64,000 bases of DNA. It comes from Patescibacteria group bacterium (GTDB taxonomy: Bacteria > Patescibacteriota > Patescibacteriia > UBA2591 > JAQUPP01). Positions 33,458 to 43,321 of this stretch are shown in pieces. The notes under the pieces were generated by a model. That model saw only the letters and a list, made by a program, of their open reading frames with translations. It ran no database searches and was not told the DNA's origin. The stretch is taken from NCBI GenBank assembly GCA_028716665.1, contig JAQUPP010000001.1, forward strand, positions 555,073 through 619,072. The letters are read 5' to 3'. The translations under genes were made by a program, and so were the position numbers. Position 1 is the first letter of the stretch. Each line of letters begins with the position of its first letter.

Positions 33458-34345
33458 ATGATTTCTATTATTATCACCACCAATAAAGAGCCGAAGAGTT
33501 TGCCGCAAGCCATTCAGTCATTTTTGGATTCCAATTTATTAAAAGCGGATGACGAAATTTTAATTGTCGGTCCTGACGAAGAATCTGAAAAAATAGCAAA
33601 AGAATTTCAAATAAGATTTCCTGTTATAAAATATTTAAAAGACAAAGGAAAAGGTAAGCCGGCTGCTTTAAATTTGGTCTTTCAACAAGCAAGGGGAGAG
33701 ATTTTAATTTTAAGCGACGGTGATGTTAAAATAAAGAAAGAAGATTTGGAATATTTAATAACTCCTTTTGAAAATAATAAAGTCGGCGCGGTCAGCGGTC
33801 AACCGATTTCAACCAGTTCTCGCAATAATTTATTCGGTTATTGGTCTCATTTTCTGACTTTTGCCGCTCATCAAATGAGATTAAAAAATAGAAATTTTCC
33901 TTGTTCGGGTTATCTTTTTGCCATTTTAAAAAAAATTATTGATCAAATTCCCGAGAATATGCTGGCTGAAGATGCGGTTATGACTCAGATGGCCAGAAAT
34001 CAGGGTTATCAAGTAGTTTACGCGCCGCAAGCCAAGGTTTATATTAAATATCCTGATAATTTTAAAGATTGGTTAAAACAGAAAGTTCGTTCAACCGGCG
34101 GCTATGTACAAGAATTTGGAATTTGGAATTTGGAATCTAGAATAAAAAAAATGAGAAATTTTTGGCAAGAAGTGCAGAGTGGCATTAAACTATTTTTCAT
34201 TTTTCCAAAGACCATAAAAGAATTTTTTTGGACAATTTTACTTTATTTGGCGAGAATTTATCTTTGGTTGGCCATTTTTTGGCAAATAAAAATAAGAAAA
34301 AAAACCTTTGCTCATATTTGGCAAAGGATAGAAAGTACAAAGTAA
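33458..34345 (+). CDS. Family-2 glycosyltransferase
   Basis: 'ISIIITTNKEP' ... 'DEILIVGPDEESEKIAKEF' ... 'KGKPAALNLVFQQARGEILILSDGDV' is a classic GT2 N-terminal domain. Confidence 0.8.
   Translation: MISIIITTNKEPKSLPQAIQSFLDSNLLKADDEILIVGPDEESEKIAKEFQIRFPVIKYLKDKGKGKPAALNLVFQQARGEILILSDGDVKIKKEDLEYLITPFENNKVGAVSGQPISTSSRNNLFGYWSHFLTFAAHQMRLKNRNFPCSGYLFAILKKIIDQIPENMLAEDAVMTQMARNQGYQVVYAPQAKVYIKYPDNFKDWLKQKVRSTGGYVQEFGIWNLESRIKKMRNFWQEVQSGIKLFFIFPKTIKEFFWTILLYLARIYLWLAIFWQIKIRKKTFAHIWQRIESTK
34111..34143. repeat. GAATTTGGA-type short tandem repeat block inside the GT2 gene, near-identical to 18208..18245
   Basis: 'agaatttggaatttggaatttggaatctagaat'. Confidence 0.6.
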
Positions 34346-34526
34346 AATTCATAGTTATTAGTTAATGGTTCTTAGTTTTGGTTTATTGGTTTCCGGTTTC
34401 TAACTGACGACTGAATAACTATAACCAATAAACTATGAACTAAAAACTATTATTTATTTGTATGATTAGTGGACAAGTCCGCTTGAGGCGGACGAATTAA
34501 ATTAGTAGAGTAATTAATGTTTTAAT

Positions 34527-35996
34527 ATGATCAGAACTCGTTTTGCTCCATCACCAACAGGATTTTTGCATGTCGGCGGCTTGCGGACCTGTCTTTATAG
34601 TTGGCTTTTTGCCAAAAAGAACAACGGCAAATTTATTTTGCGCGTTGAAGACACCGATCGTCAAAGATATGTGGAAAATGCGGTGGAAAATTTACTAAAA
34701 ATGCTGCAAACCATGGGTCTGGATTGGGATGAAGGACCTTTTATTGAAAATAATAAAATAGTTCAAAAAGGAAATTGCGGACCGTATATTCAATCTGAAC
34801 GGCTGGAAATTTATCAAAATTTGGCGAAAAAATTAGTGGAAGAAGACAAGGCATATTATTGTTTTTGCACTTCGGAAGAATTGGATAAAATGAAACAAGA
34901 CCAAATGGCGCAAAAACTTCCGCCCAGATATGACGAAAGATGCAGAAAATTAACCAAAGATGAAATAGCTCTTCGGCTTAGTTCGGGACAACCTTATGTT
35001 ATTAGGTTAAAAGTTCCGGAAGAGGGGACGATTGCTTTTACGGATTTGATCAGAGGTGAAATAAAATTTGATTTAAAAGATATTGACGATCAAGTTTTAT
35101 TGAAATCAGACGGTTTCCCGACTTATCATTTAGCCGTGGTCATTGATGATTACAAAATGGAAATCACTCATATTATTAGGGGAGAAGAATGGATTCCTTC
35201 AGTGCCAAAACATATTTTGCTTTATCAATATTTTAATTGGCCATTGCCTCAATTTGCTCATTTGCCATTATTGCTTAATCCGGATCATTCCAAATTATCC
35301 AAGCGGCAGGGAGATGTTACAGTGGAAGATTATCTATCAAAAGGATATTTAAAAGAAGCTATTTTGAATTTTATCGCTTTCTTGGGTTGGAATCCCGGGA
35401 CCGAACAGGAAATTTTCAGTCTTGAAGAATTGATTAAAACGTTTTCTTTGGAAAAAATTCAAAAAGCCGGAGCTGTTTTTAATGTGGAAAAATTGGATTG
35501 GCTGAATGGATGTTATATACGGCAAATGGATACGGACGAGCTGACAAAAAAATGCATGCCATATTTGGAGCAAACAGGCTTGATAAAGTCATCAAATTTT
35601 GACTGGATTAAAAAAATTGTCGCGCTTGAGCAGGAACGGCTTAAACGGTTGAACGAGATAGGAGATTTAACCAAATTTTTCTTTTTAGATACTTTGGAAT
35701 ATGAACCGGAACTGTTGCAATGGAAAAAAATGGATAATCAGCAAATTAAAGACAGTTTAAGTCAAACCGGAGTTATTTTGGAAAAAATTTCAAGCGATCA
35801 ATTTACTGCTAAAAATATAATGGACAATTTATTACCATTAAAGGAGAAAATCGGAGTAGGAGAGACACTTTGGCCTTTAAGAGCGGCTTTAAGCGGCCTT
35901 AAATCTTCACCTCCGCCCGAAGCGATAGCCGAAGTTTTAGGCAAAGAAAAAACTATAAACAGGGTTAATCAGGCTATTGAAAAATTGAAACAATGA
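34527..35996 (+). CDS. gltX: Glutamate--tRNA ligase
   Basis: 'RFAPSPTGFLHVGGLRT' (HIGH region) and 'KLSKRQG' (KMSKS). 489 aa. Confidence 0.9.
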   Translation: MIRTRFAPSPTGFLHVGGLRTCLYSWLFAKKNNGKFILRVEDTDRQRYVENAVENLLKMLQTMGLDWDEGPFIENNKIVQKGNCGPYIQSERLEIYQNLAKKLVEEDKAYYCFCTSEELDKMKQDQMAQKLPPRYDERCRKLTKDEIALRLSSGQPYVIRLKVPEEGTIAFTDLIRGEIKFDLKDIDDQVLLKSDGFPTYHLAVVIDDYKMEITHIIRGEEWIPSVPKHILLYQYFNWPLPQFAHLPLLLNPDHSKLSKRQGDVTVEDYLSKGYLKEAILNFIAFLGWNPGTEQEIFSLEELIKTFSLEKIQKAGAVFNVEKLDWLNGCYIRQMDTDELTKKCMPYLEQTGLIKSSNFDWIKKIVALEQERLKRLNEIGDLTKFFFLDTLEYEPELLQWKKMDNQQIKDSLSQTGVILEKISSDQFTAKNIMDNLLPLKEKIGVGETLWPLRAALSGLKSSPPPEAIAEVLGKEKTINRVNQAIEKLKQ

Positions 35997-37237
35997 AAAA
36001 AAATATAAAACAATTTTTGACTATTTTTATTTTGGCAAGTTTTATTTTTTTATTTAATTTTGTAAAAACGCCGATAACGGCCGCTCAGGATTATACTCAA
36101 GAGATTGACCAAATTCAGAAAGAGATTGACTCTCACCAGAGTTATCTTAAAAAGTTGGAAGAGCAAAAGAAAGTTTATGAAAAAAATATAGAAATCAAGA
36201 GAAAAGAGGCGGTTAATCTTAAAAATCAATTAAGTATTTTAAAAAATCAAGTCTCAAAAACAAAAGTGGAGATAGAAGAAAAAGAAACAGAGATAACGAC
36301 CACAGATTTATCAATTAAAAATATTCAATTTAAAATTTTGGAAAAGCAAAAAGAAATTCAGGATCAGAAAGAAAATTTACAGCAAATTTTAAGATTGATT
36401 AATCGATATGACAATAAAAATCTTTTGACAATTATTGTTTTAAGCGATTCCATCTCTGATATTTTGAGTCACGTGCGCTATTTAAACACTTTTCAAGGAA
36501 GCCTGTCTCATTCTCTTGAACAAATCAAATTAATCAAAGAAGGGATGGAACTGCAAGAAAAAGATTTACGCACCAATTTGCAGAACATAACCAATCTGCA
36601 GAATGATTTATTGGATAAAAAATCTCAGTTAACAACTGAGAAAAATGCCAATGAAAATATTTTGGAAAAAACACAAGGCGCGGAATGGAAATTTCAAAGT
36701 TTATTGGCCGATGCTGTCGCCGAACAGCGAAGAACGGAAAATGAAATTTCAAATTTGGAAACAAGCATCAGGACAAAATTAGCAGAAGAGAAAGAAAAAA
36801 AAGATCAAATCATGGAGCAAGAGGGTTCAATTGTTTTTTCCTGGCCGGTGCCGAATAATGGTATAACTTGTTCCTTTCATGATCCTGATTATCCTTATAG
36901 AAAATGGATTGGAGAGCATCCGGCTATTGATATTCGCGCCTCTCAGGGTATAAATATCAGAGCGGCAGCCTCGGGTTATGTGGCAAAAGCAAAAAATGGC
37001 GGAATGGGTTACAGTTATATTATGATTATCAATAATGACACCTTTTCCACTGTTTACGGGCATGTAAGTCAAATTTTTGTAAGAGAAGACGAATATGTCA
37101 GAAGGGGTACGGTTATAGGAAAAAGCGGGGGACTACCGGGAACCAGCGGCGCAGGAAATTTTTCTACCGGTCCGCATTTGCATTTTGAAATAAGAAAAAA
37201 TGGTATTCCTGTCAATCCGGAAGATTATTTATTGTAA
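35993..37237 (+). CDS. M23 family metallopeptidase with N-terminal coiled coil (EnvC-like)
   Basis: Signal/TM segment, a long heptad-rich region, then 'HPAIDIRAS', 'GHVSQIF' and 'GPHLHFEIRKNG' (M23 HxxxD / HxH). Confidence 0.8.
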   Translation: MKKNIKQFLTIFILASFIFLFNFVKTPITAAQDYTQEIDQIQKEIDSHQSYLKKLEEQKKVYEKNIEIKRKEAVNLKNQLSILKNQVSKTKVEIEEKETEITTTDLSIKNIQFKILEKQKEIQDQKENLQQILRLINRYDNKNLLTIIVLSDSISDILSHVRYLNTFQGSLSHSLEQIKLIKEGMELQEKDLRTNLQNITNLQNDLLDKKSQLTTEKNANENILEKTQGAEWKFQSLLADAVAEQRRTENEISNLETSIRTKLAEEKEKKDQIMEQEGSIVFSWPVPNNGITCSFHDPDYPYRKWIGEHPAIDIRASQGINIRAAASGYVAKAKNGGMGYSYIMIINNDTFSTVYGHVSQIFVREDEYVRRGTVIGKSGGLPGTSGAGNFSTGPHLHFEIRKNGIPVNPEDYLL

Positions 37238-37359
37238 AAATTCAAACTTATCAGTATTTTATTGATCAGTGGGTTAGTGGTCAAAAATGAGAGGGAATAG
37301 CGTTTTTCCTCTATATACCACGTCGCACAATATTCCTTTTACGTCGCTACCCTTATCTT

Positions 37360-37398
37360 AAACCACTTTTGGAGATAGTGCCCCAAAAGTGGTTTTTT
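37360..37398 (+). terminator. Rho-independent terminator after the M23 peptidase gene
   Basis: 'aaaccacttttgg agatagtgcc ccaaaagtggtttttt'. Confidence 0.75.
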
Positions 37399-37406
37399 AT
37401 TATATT

Positions 37407-38297
37407 CTATGGTATTTGTTTATTTAAATACCATAAATCTCTGAAGCGCAGGTCAATGTGGTCTAACGCTTGCCTATCTTTTAATTGATCTTTTAAAACT
37501 AAATTAAGACTCTCCTCTTGTTTCTTGAAATCCGTCTCAGAATTGACCAATATCTTCCATCCTTCCAATGTGGTGATTTCTGCCTCCAAAATACTCCCTT
37601 TTTCGTTAATTTTAACAATAGTGGCTGTTATGTTGTTTTGCCTTAAAATATTGCCTCTAATTAGGTCTAGAATGCCTTTAATGAAGTTTATATAGGTCTG
37701 ATTATGGAAGTTGGCTGAACCTTGATCATAAAAAATTATCAAATCATTATTTTTCTCTTCATTATTATTTAGTGTCGTAAAATATTGAGTGGATTCTGAT
37801 TTTATTATGATCACTTGGCCGTTAGAATTGAAATAATACTCCCCTTCATAGCCTAAAATTTCCAAACGAGCAACCGGTTGATATTCTTCTATGTTTAATT
37901 CCAATGTATTGGTCATTTTTTTGTTAATTTTAAATGAACGGATACGGGAATCCACACTGAGTATTTTGGACAAACAATTATTGTTAAAAAGAATCAAGTT
38001 GGAACCAAATGGTCTCTTTACTACAGAATTAATCAAATCTTTTAATTCCGCTTCAGAGGTTAAATTATAGTCATTAATTTTGGTGATTGTAATATTTTTA
38101 ATTTTAAAAATCGGACTGAATAATAAAATATAGCCGCCGCCCAAAATTAAAACAAATGCCGAAATGATTAAAATCATCAATTTTAATTTCGTTGTTCTTT
38201 TCTTTATAAAATCTTTCCTTGAGGCGCGTACAGCTTTGACCTCAGGTCTAAAATTTTGTTTTTTTTCGTATCTGGTTGGTTTCTTCCGCGTAAACAT
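37407..38297 (-). CDS. FtsQ/DivIB-like cell-division protein (uncertain)
   Basis: Basic N-terminus, a single TM segment, then a POTRA-like 'IKNITITKINDYNLTSEAELKDLI...GSNLILFN' region. Confidence 0.45.
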   Translation of the reverse strand: MFTRKKPTRYEKKQNFRPEVKAVRASRKDFIKKRTTKLKLMILIISAFVLILGGGYILLFSPIFKIKNITITKINDYNLTSEAELKDLINSVVKRPFGSNLILFNNNCLSKILSVDSRIRSFKINKKMTNTLELNIEEYQPVARLEILGYEGEYYFNSNGQVIIIKSESTQYFTTLNNNEEKNNDLIIFYDQGSANFHNQTYINFIKGILDLIRGNILRQNNITATIVKINEKGSILEAEITTLEGWKILVNSETDFKKQEESLNLVLKDQLKDRQALDHIDLRFRDLWYLNKQIP

Positions 38298-38330
38298 AAT
38301 ATAGTAAATTTTATCCTATTTTTGTAAAAA

Positions 38331-38367
38331 AACAAGAAGGTAATTTTTTAAAATTACCTTCTTGTTA
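38331..38367. terminator. Perfect palindromic terminator between the Zn-ribbon ORF and the ftsQ-like gene
   Basis: 'aacaagaaggtaattttttaaaattaccttcttgtt'. Confidence 0.65.
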
Positions 38368-38382
38368 AGATATTCTGTTCAA

Positions 38383-38556
38383 CTAGACAACTTTAGGAGC
38401 ATCCTTGCCTAAGATTTTATACATCTTGGTTCCGCATTTTGCGCAAGTGCCGGTGGCAGCTCTGCGCTTTACGTCACCCTTGCCATTCATGACAACTTCT
38501 TTAACGTCTTTCATTTCACTGTCTTTGGCTTTACATTTTACACAATAACCTTGCAT
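38383..38556 (-). CDS. Small zinc-ribbon protein (57 aa, two CxxC pairs). Not in the ORF track because it is under 60 aa.
   Basis: Reverse-strand ORF 'MQGYCVKCKAKDSEMKDVKEVVMNGKGDVKRRAATGTCAKCGTKMYKILGKDAPKVV' with CVKC and CAKC motifs. Followed by a perfect terminator. Confidence 0.5.
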   Translation of the reverse strand: MQGYCVKCKAKDSEMKDVKEVVMNGKGDVKRRAATGTCAKCGTKMYKILGKDAPKVV

Positions 38557-38622
38557 AGTTTTAAAATTTAATTGATTAATTTGATTATATTATAGCACAG
38601 ATATAAGATATTAGAAAGGGCC

Positions 38623-39294
38623 TTATTCGTCAAAAACCCCTTGTTGATACAGATGATTAATTATCTCTTTTTCATCTTCATCCGAATAAGTCTTTATTAA
38701 AAGTTGATGAATTTCAGCGGGTTTTAATTTTTTAGTTATGTCCGAATTTCTATCTGTTCTGGTCGAGGCCGCATCATAGAAATCGATAATCGACAAGATT
38801 TTGGCGTATTTTTCAATTATTTTTATTGTTTCTGGACTGGCGGTAAAATTTAATTCGGGTAAATTTTGAGGATATTTTTTTTCGCCAAAATAATGATGAC
38901 GCAATAAAATTTCCGCCGAAAAAGGAAAATCATCTTTTAACAAGAAATAACCGTAAAGAGGATGAGATTTCATCGTTTCCATATCCTGCTCGGTGAATTT
39001 CTCGGTTTTTTGTAAAATTTCTTCGTCTATTGCCACTTTACCCAAGTCATGTAATAAGCCGGCGTAGAAAAATGGTTTAGGGTCTATTTTTAATGATTCG
39101 GCCACCAGGGCGCCGGTTAAACCAACTCTTAATGAATGATTGTATGTGGCAGTATCTTTTCTTTTAATCCAATTTAAATATTCTTTTAAAGAGTTTTGTT
39201 GATTAGGATCAATATTAAATTGATCTATTCTCTGATATAAAAGTTTTTCTAGATTTTTTTCTTCTTGCGTTTGTTCAAGCCCTTCTTTAAACAT
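38623..39294 (-). CDS. HD-domain phosphohydrolase
   Basis: 'HSLRVGLTGALVA...GLLHDLGKVAI' H..HD motif. Confidence 0.7.
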   Translation of the reverse strand: MFKEGLEQTQEEKNLEKLLYQRIDQFNIDPNQQNSLKEYLNWIKRKDTATYNHSLRVGLTGALVAESLKIDPKPFFYAGLLHDLGKVAIDEEILQKTEKFTEQDMETMKSHPLYGYFLLKDDFPFSAEILLRHHYFGEKKYPQNLPELNFTASPETIKIIEKYAKILSIIDFYDAASTRTDRNSDITKKLKPAEIHQLLIKTYSDEDEKEIINHLYQQGVFDE

Positions 39295-39343
39295 GACTTA
39301 ATTATAGCATGTTTTAAAGATAAAACAAGGGGTTTCGGTGAGC

Positions 39344-40165
39344 CTAAAAAGGCTTTTTAAGGGCAAAATTAGGGATTAAAACCCTAGAACTATCCTTCTC
39401 TTGGACCCAACCATTCTTAAAGCCCAGATTTAAAGCATATTTGCAGACCTTATTAAATTCTTCATTATCAACGCATTGGTTGATTTCTTTGAAGTCAGCA
39501 GCTTTATATAGTGGATAATATTGATTCATAAGGCTTAAATGAATGTTTTTATCGATTAAGGCTGTTTGTTCTAGAACTTGCAAACTGTTTTTGGTATTAT
39601 TTGGTAAAACTAAGTGTCGTAAAATAATTCCTTTATAGGCAATGTTATTTTTTGTTTTTAAATGACCGACCTGTCTTAACATTTCTTTAATGGCGTTTGT
39701 GGCGGTGGTTGTGTAATTTTTAATTCCCGAATATTTAAGAGCTATTTCATCATCTCCATATTTAAAATCAGGCAAATAAATATCCACCAATTTTTCCATT
39801 TGTTTAAGCGTCTCCACTTTTTCATAGGCGTTGGAATTCCATACAATTGGTATGATTAGTCCCCTCTTTTTAGCCGCGATGATTGCTTTTTTTATGTATG
39901 GCAGCCAAATAGTTGGTGTTACCAGATCAATATTGACTGCTTTTTGTTTCTGCAGACTTAACATAATATCAGCCAGTTCTTCAATAGAATATTTTTTTTC
40001 AATCAATCTTTGCTGAGAAATTTGAAAATTTTGACAAAAAACGCAACGTAGGTTGCAACCGCTAAAAAAAATTCCGCCGGCTCCTTGATTTTTATTTCCG
40101 ACCAACGGCGGCTCTTCGCCAACATGCTTGCCAAACCAGGCAATTTTAATTATTTTTTCGGTCAT
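39344..40165 (-). CDS. Radical SAM protein, PflA/activating-enzyme-like (COG1180-type)
   Basis: 'GGIFFSGCNLRCVFCQN' is a CX3CX2C motif with the glycine-rich lead typical of activase-like enzymes. Confidence 0.6.
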   Translation of the reverse strand: MTEKIIKIAWFGKHVGEEPPLVGNKNQGAGGIFFSGCNLRCVFCQNFQISQQRLIEKKYSIEELADIMLSLQKQKAVNIDLVTPTIWLPYIKKAIIAAKKRGLIIPIVWNSNAYEKVETLKQMEKLVDIYLPDFKYGDDEIALKYSGIKNYTTTATNAIKEMLRQVGHLKTKNNIAYKGIILRHLVLPNNTKNSLQVLEQTALIDKNIHLSLMNQYYPLYKAADFKEINQCVDNEEFNKVCKYALNLGFKNGWVQEKDSSRVLIPNFALKKPF

Positions 40166-40389
40166 ATTACGTCGATAATATCAAAAATTTTATTTCTTGT
40201 TTTGGCCCCTCTGATTAATCTGATTTTAGATTCGGGTAAATTAAAATGCATGGACAGCATTGTTATTACGCGCTTAGTGGCTCGTCCTTGCTCAGGCTTT
40301 TCTTTGGTTTTAATTTCAAAACTGTCTTTATTTTTTTGAAGAATGTTTTCCTTTTTTGAACTAGGAAAAACTTTTACCTTGATTAACAT
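40162..40389 (-). CDS. DUF167 (YggU-like) small protein
   Basis: 'IKVKVFPSSKKENI...EIKTKEKPEQGRATKRVITMLSMHFNLPESKIRLIRGAKTRNKIF' matches the DUF167 pattern. 4 nt overlap with the radical SAM gene. Confidence 0.55.
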   Translation of the reverse strand: MLIKVKVFPSSKKENILQKNKDSFEIKTKEKPEQGRATKRVITMLSMHFNLPESKIRLIRGAKTRNKIFDIIDVI

Positions 40390-40465
40390 ATCAATATTTT
40401 TTTAGAATAATTTATAATATTATTATACTTCTTTTTGTGATTAGTGTAAAATATCATCAAAAATA

Positions 40466-40502
40466 AAAATACCTTTGATACATTTTATCAAAGGTATTTT
40501 TA
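40466..40502. terminator. Bidirectional terminator
   Basis: 'aaaaatacctttgata cattt tatcaaaggtattttt'. Confidence 0.7.
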
Positions 40503-40515
40503 TTATATAAAAAAT

Positions 40516-40794
40516 TTATTTTTTCGGTTCAATATTATCCGCTGAAAATCCACCGGCCAGCATCATTATAATTCCCAAAAGTATTCCGGTTATTCCGCAT
40601 CCGATGAAAACTTGATTGATATTTTGTTGAGCCTCCAGATATGGATCCATGTTGATAATGGCTTGTTTTAAAGAGTACACTCCGTTAAAACCAATAACCG
40701 CCAGAACAATACCTGCAATTAATAAAATCGCCCCTACCCAAATTAATTGTTGCTTAACACCGAATCCGCGAATATAAATTTTAAATGCTTTCAT
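40516..40794 (-). CDS. Small membrane protein (two TM segments)
   Basis: Hydrophobic helices, no motifs. Confidence 0.4.
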   Translation of the reverse strand: MKAFKIYIRGFGVKQQLIWVGAILLIAGIVLAVIGFNGVYSLKQAIINMDPYLEAQQNINQVFIGCGITGILLGIIMMLAGGFSADNIEPKK

Positions 40795-40859
40795 ATATTT
40801 ATTATTTTTTAAATTAATTTAGATAACTGAATTAATTATATCTTATCCCTGGATAATTG

Positions 40860-43316
40860 TTAGTTATTGTTTTCCACAGGCATTTGATTATTGGAATTAC
40901 GTCCATTTTTGATATATTTTATCAGTTCTACCCAGAAAACAGTAATTAGGGCCACGCCGATAACAATAAACCAATAAAATGGTTTTAAAGGCATTGTTTC
41001 CAGAACTTTATTCAAGACGGGGATATAAATAGCCGCAACTACTAATAATAATCCGTAAATTACCGCCCATATTAAGCGTTTATTATCAAATAAATTTTTG
41101 GTTTTGAATAATGAATTTTTTAAATCTTTAAAAGCAAAAATATAAATCAAATCCACTGTTGCTACGGTGGCAAAAGTTATGGTTCTGGCTAAATTTATCT
41201 GGCCGGTTTGTTTTAAGAAATACGTAAATATAAAAAGTGAGGAAAGTCCGACAGTTAAACTGATTAAAATGATCAGGGCGATAATCGGCTTGTCCAAAAT
41301 TTCTTCCCTTCTTAAGATTTTAGGATCTTCTTCGTGCAGGGCTTTATTTCTTGTTTCAAATCCTAAAACTATGTCAGGCGGCCCGTCGCATATCAAATGA
41401 GCCCATAAAATTTGAATAATGGTCAAAGGGGTTGGTAATCCCATCAAAATAGCGCCGAAAATTAAAACTATTTCGGCAAAAGAATTTGAAAGAACATAAG
41501 CTACTACTTTTTTAATGTTGGAAAAAATTAATCTGCCTTCTTTGCAGGCGGCAATAATGGTTTTAAAATTATTATTTAATAAAATTAAATCAGCCGCTTC
41601 TTTGGCAACGTCAGTCGCATTATTCACGGCTATGCCGATATCAGCTTTTTTAAGAGCCGTGGCGTCATTGATTCCGTCGCCGGTCATTGCCACCACTTCT
41701 CCTTTTTCCTGTAAAACTTTAACTATTTTCAGTTTTTGACGGGGTGTTACCCGACTAAATATGATAATATCGTCGATTTTTTCTTTTAATTCGTCTTCGC
41801 TGATAATTTCCAGAGTACTTCCTTCCATGATGTTTTTTTCAGTAATATTAAATCCTAAACTGCGAGCGATTTTTTCCGCTGTCTTACGATAATCACCGGT
41901 TACTATTTTGACTTTAATTCCGGCTTCCATGGCCACTCTAATTGCTTCTTTAACTCCTTTTCTGATCGGATCTTGAATTCCTATCAGACCCAGCCAAGTA
42001 AAATTATTTTTATCTTTCAAATCTCCTTGATTTTTAGAAATAACTCCTAAAACTTTTAATCCTTCTTCCGCCCAGCAGCTTATTTTTTCCAAAATATCTT
42101 GTTTTTTATCAGCCTCAATGTCGCACATCTGTAAAATAATTTCCGGCGCGCCGATAATAGAAGCGGCTTCATTACCATCTATTTGATTAATGCTTAACAT
42201 GTATTTTTTTTCATTATCAAACGGTTCTTCAAAAGTTCTGGCCATGGAATTAAAAATATCTTGAGGATTAAAGTGTTTTTTTCTGATATAATCCCAAATC
42301 GCCGTTTCCAAATTAGATCTTTGATTGTTGGCCAGGGTTAACCCCAAAAGAGCTTTTTCCTGATCCATGAAATCGGTTTTGACAACTTTCATGACTCCTT
42401 CAGTCAAAGTGCCTGTTTTGTCAGTGCAAATCACAGAAGTTACGCCGAGTGTTTCCATGGCTAATAATTTTTTAACCAATCCTTTCCGTTTTAAAACTTT
42501 TTTCATTCCGAGGGACAAGATGACCATAATTGCTACCGGCAATCCCTCTGGAATGGCTGCAACAGCCAAAATTATCGACATTTTTAACATTTGCAATATG
42601 TTTTGATGGCGCAAAATGCCGACTAAAAAAATAATAGAACAAATAACAATTATTAAATAAACCAATTTTGTGGCGAATTTTTCCAATTTAATTTGCAATG
42701 GTGTTTTTTCTTCTTTAATTTCAGCCAAGCTTTGGCCAATCTTACCGATTTCTGTCTGAGTGCCGATTTTAGTTACTTTCATAATTCCTCTGCCATAAAT
42801 AACAACCGTACCCATAAAAACCAGATTATTTTTATCAATGCTGGATTTTAAAATTGCCTCTTCTTCGCCTGTTAAAATCGCCTCTTTGACCAAAAAATTA
42901 ACGTCTTCAATTAATTCGCCATCGGCCGGAATTTTATCTCCGGGTCCCAAGACAACCAAATCGCCGACAACGATATCTTTTGCTTCTATTTTTTTATTAA
43001 TACCGTCTCTGATGACAATTGTCTCTGGTTTTAAAAGATTTTTTAAAGCGATTAAAGTTTTTTGAGCGTTATATTCCTGAAAGAATCCCATTAACAAATT
43101 AAAAGTTACCACCAAAGCCATTAATCCGGCGTTAATATATTCTTTTAAAATTAAAGAAATGATTGCCGTGGCAACCAAAATATAAATCAAAGGGCTTTTG
43201 AATTGCGACAATAAAATAATAAACCAAGAATTATTTTCCTTGGTTGGCAAAATATTTTCACCGAATTTTTGTCGCGATTCTAAAACTTGATTTTCATTGA
43301 GTCCCTGCCTAATCAT
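40860..43316 (-). CDS. P-type cation-transporting ATPase (type II, Ca2+/Mg2+-like)
   Basis: 'ICTDKTGTLTEG' (DKTGT phosphorylation site), 'MTGDGINDATALKKADIGIA' and the TGES-equivalent region. 818 aa. Confidence 0.85.
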   Translation of the reverse strand: MIRQGLNENQVLESRQKFGENILPTKENNSWFIILLSQFKSPLIYILVATAIISLILKEYINAGLMALVVTFNLLMGFFQEYNAQKTLIALKNLLKPETIVIRDGINKKIEAKDIVVGDLVVLGPGDKIPADGELIEDVNFLVKEAILTGEEEAILKSSIDKNNLVFMGTVVIYGRGIMKVTKIGTQTEIGKIGQSLAEIKEEKTPLQIKLEKFATKLVYLIIVICSIIFLVGILRHQNILQMLKMSIILAVAAIPEGLPVAIMVILSLGMKKVLKRKGLVKKLLAMETLGVTSVICTDKTGTLTEGVMKVVKTDFMDQEKALLGLTLANNQRSNLETAIWDYIRKKHFNPQDIFNSMARTFEEPFDNEKKYMLSINQIDGNEAASIIGAPEIILQMCDIEADKKQDILEKISCWAEEGLKVLGVISKNQGDLKDKNNFTWLGLIGIQDPIRKGVKEAIRVAMEAGIKVKIVTGDYRKTAEKIARSLGFNITEKNIMEGSTLEIISEDELKEKIDDIIIFSRVTPRQKLKIVKVLQEKGEVVAMTGDGINDATALKKADIGIAVNNATDVAKEAADLILLNNNFKTIIAACKEGRLIFSNIKKVVAYVLSNSFAEIVLIFGAILMGLPTPLTIIQILWAHLICDGPPDIVLGFETRNKALHEEDPKILRREEILDKPIIALIILISLTVGLSSLFIFTYFLKQTGQINLARTITFATVATVDLIYIFAFKDLKNSLFKTKNLFDNKRLIWAVIYGLLLVVAAIYIPVLNKVLETMPLKPFYWFIVIGVALITVFWVELIKYIKNGRNSNNQMPVENNN

Positions 43317-43321
43317 AAAAT

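Noticed and set aside
35143-35573. ORFs 35143..35352 (+) and 35349..35573 (-) inside gltX
   Set aside because: Alternative-frame and antisense shadows within a confidently assigned GluRS gene.
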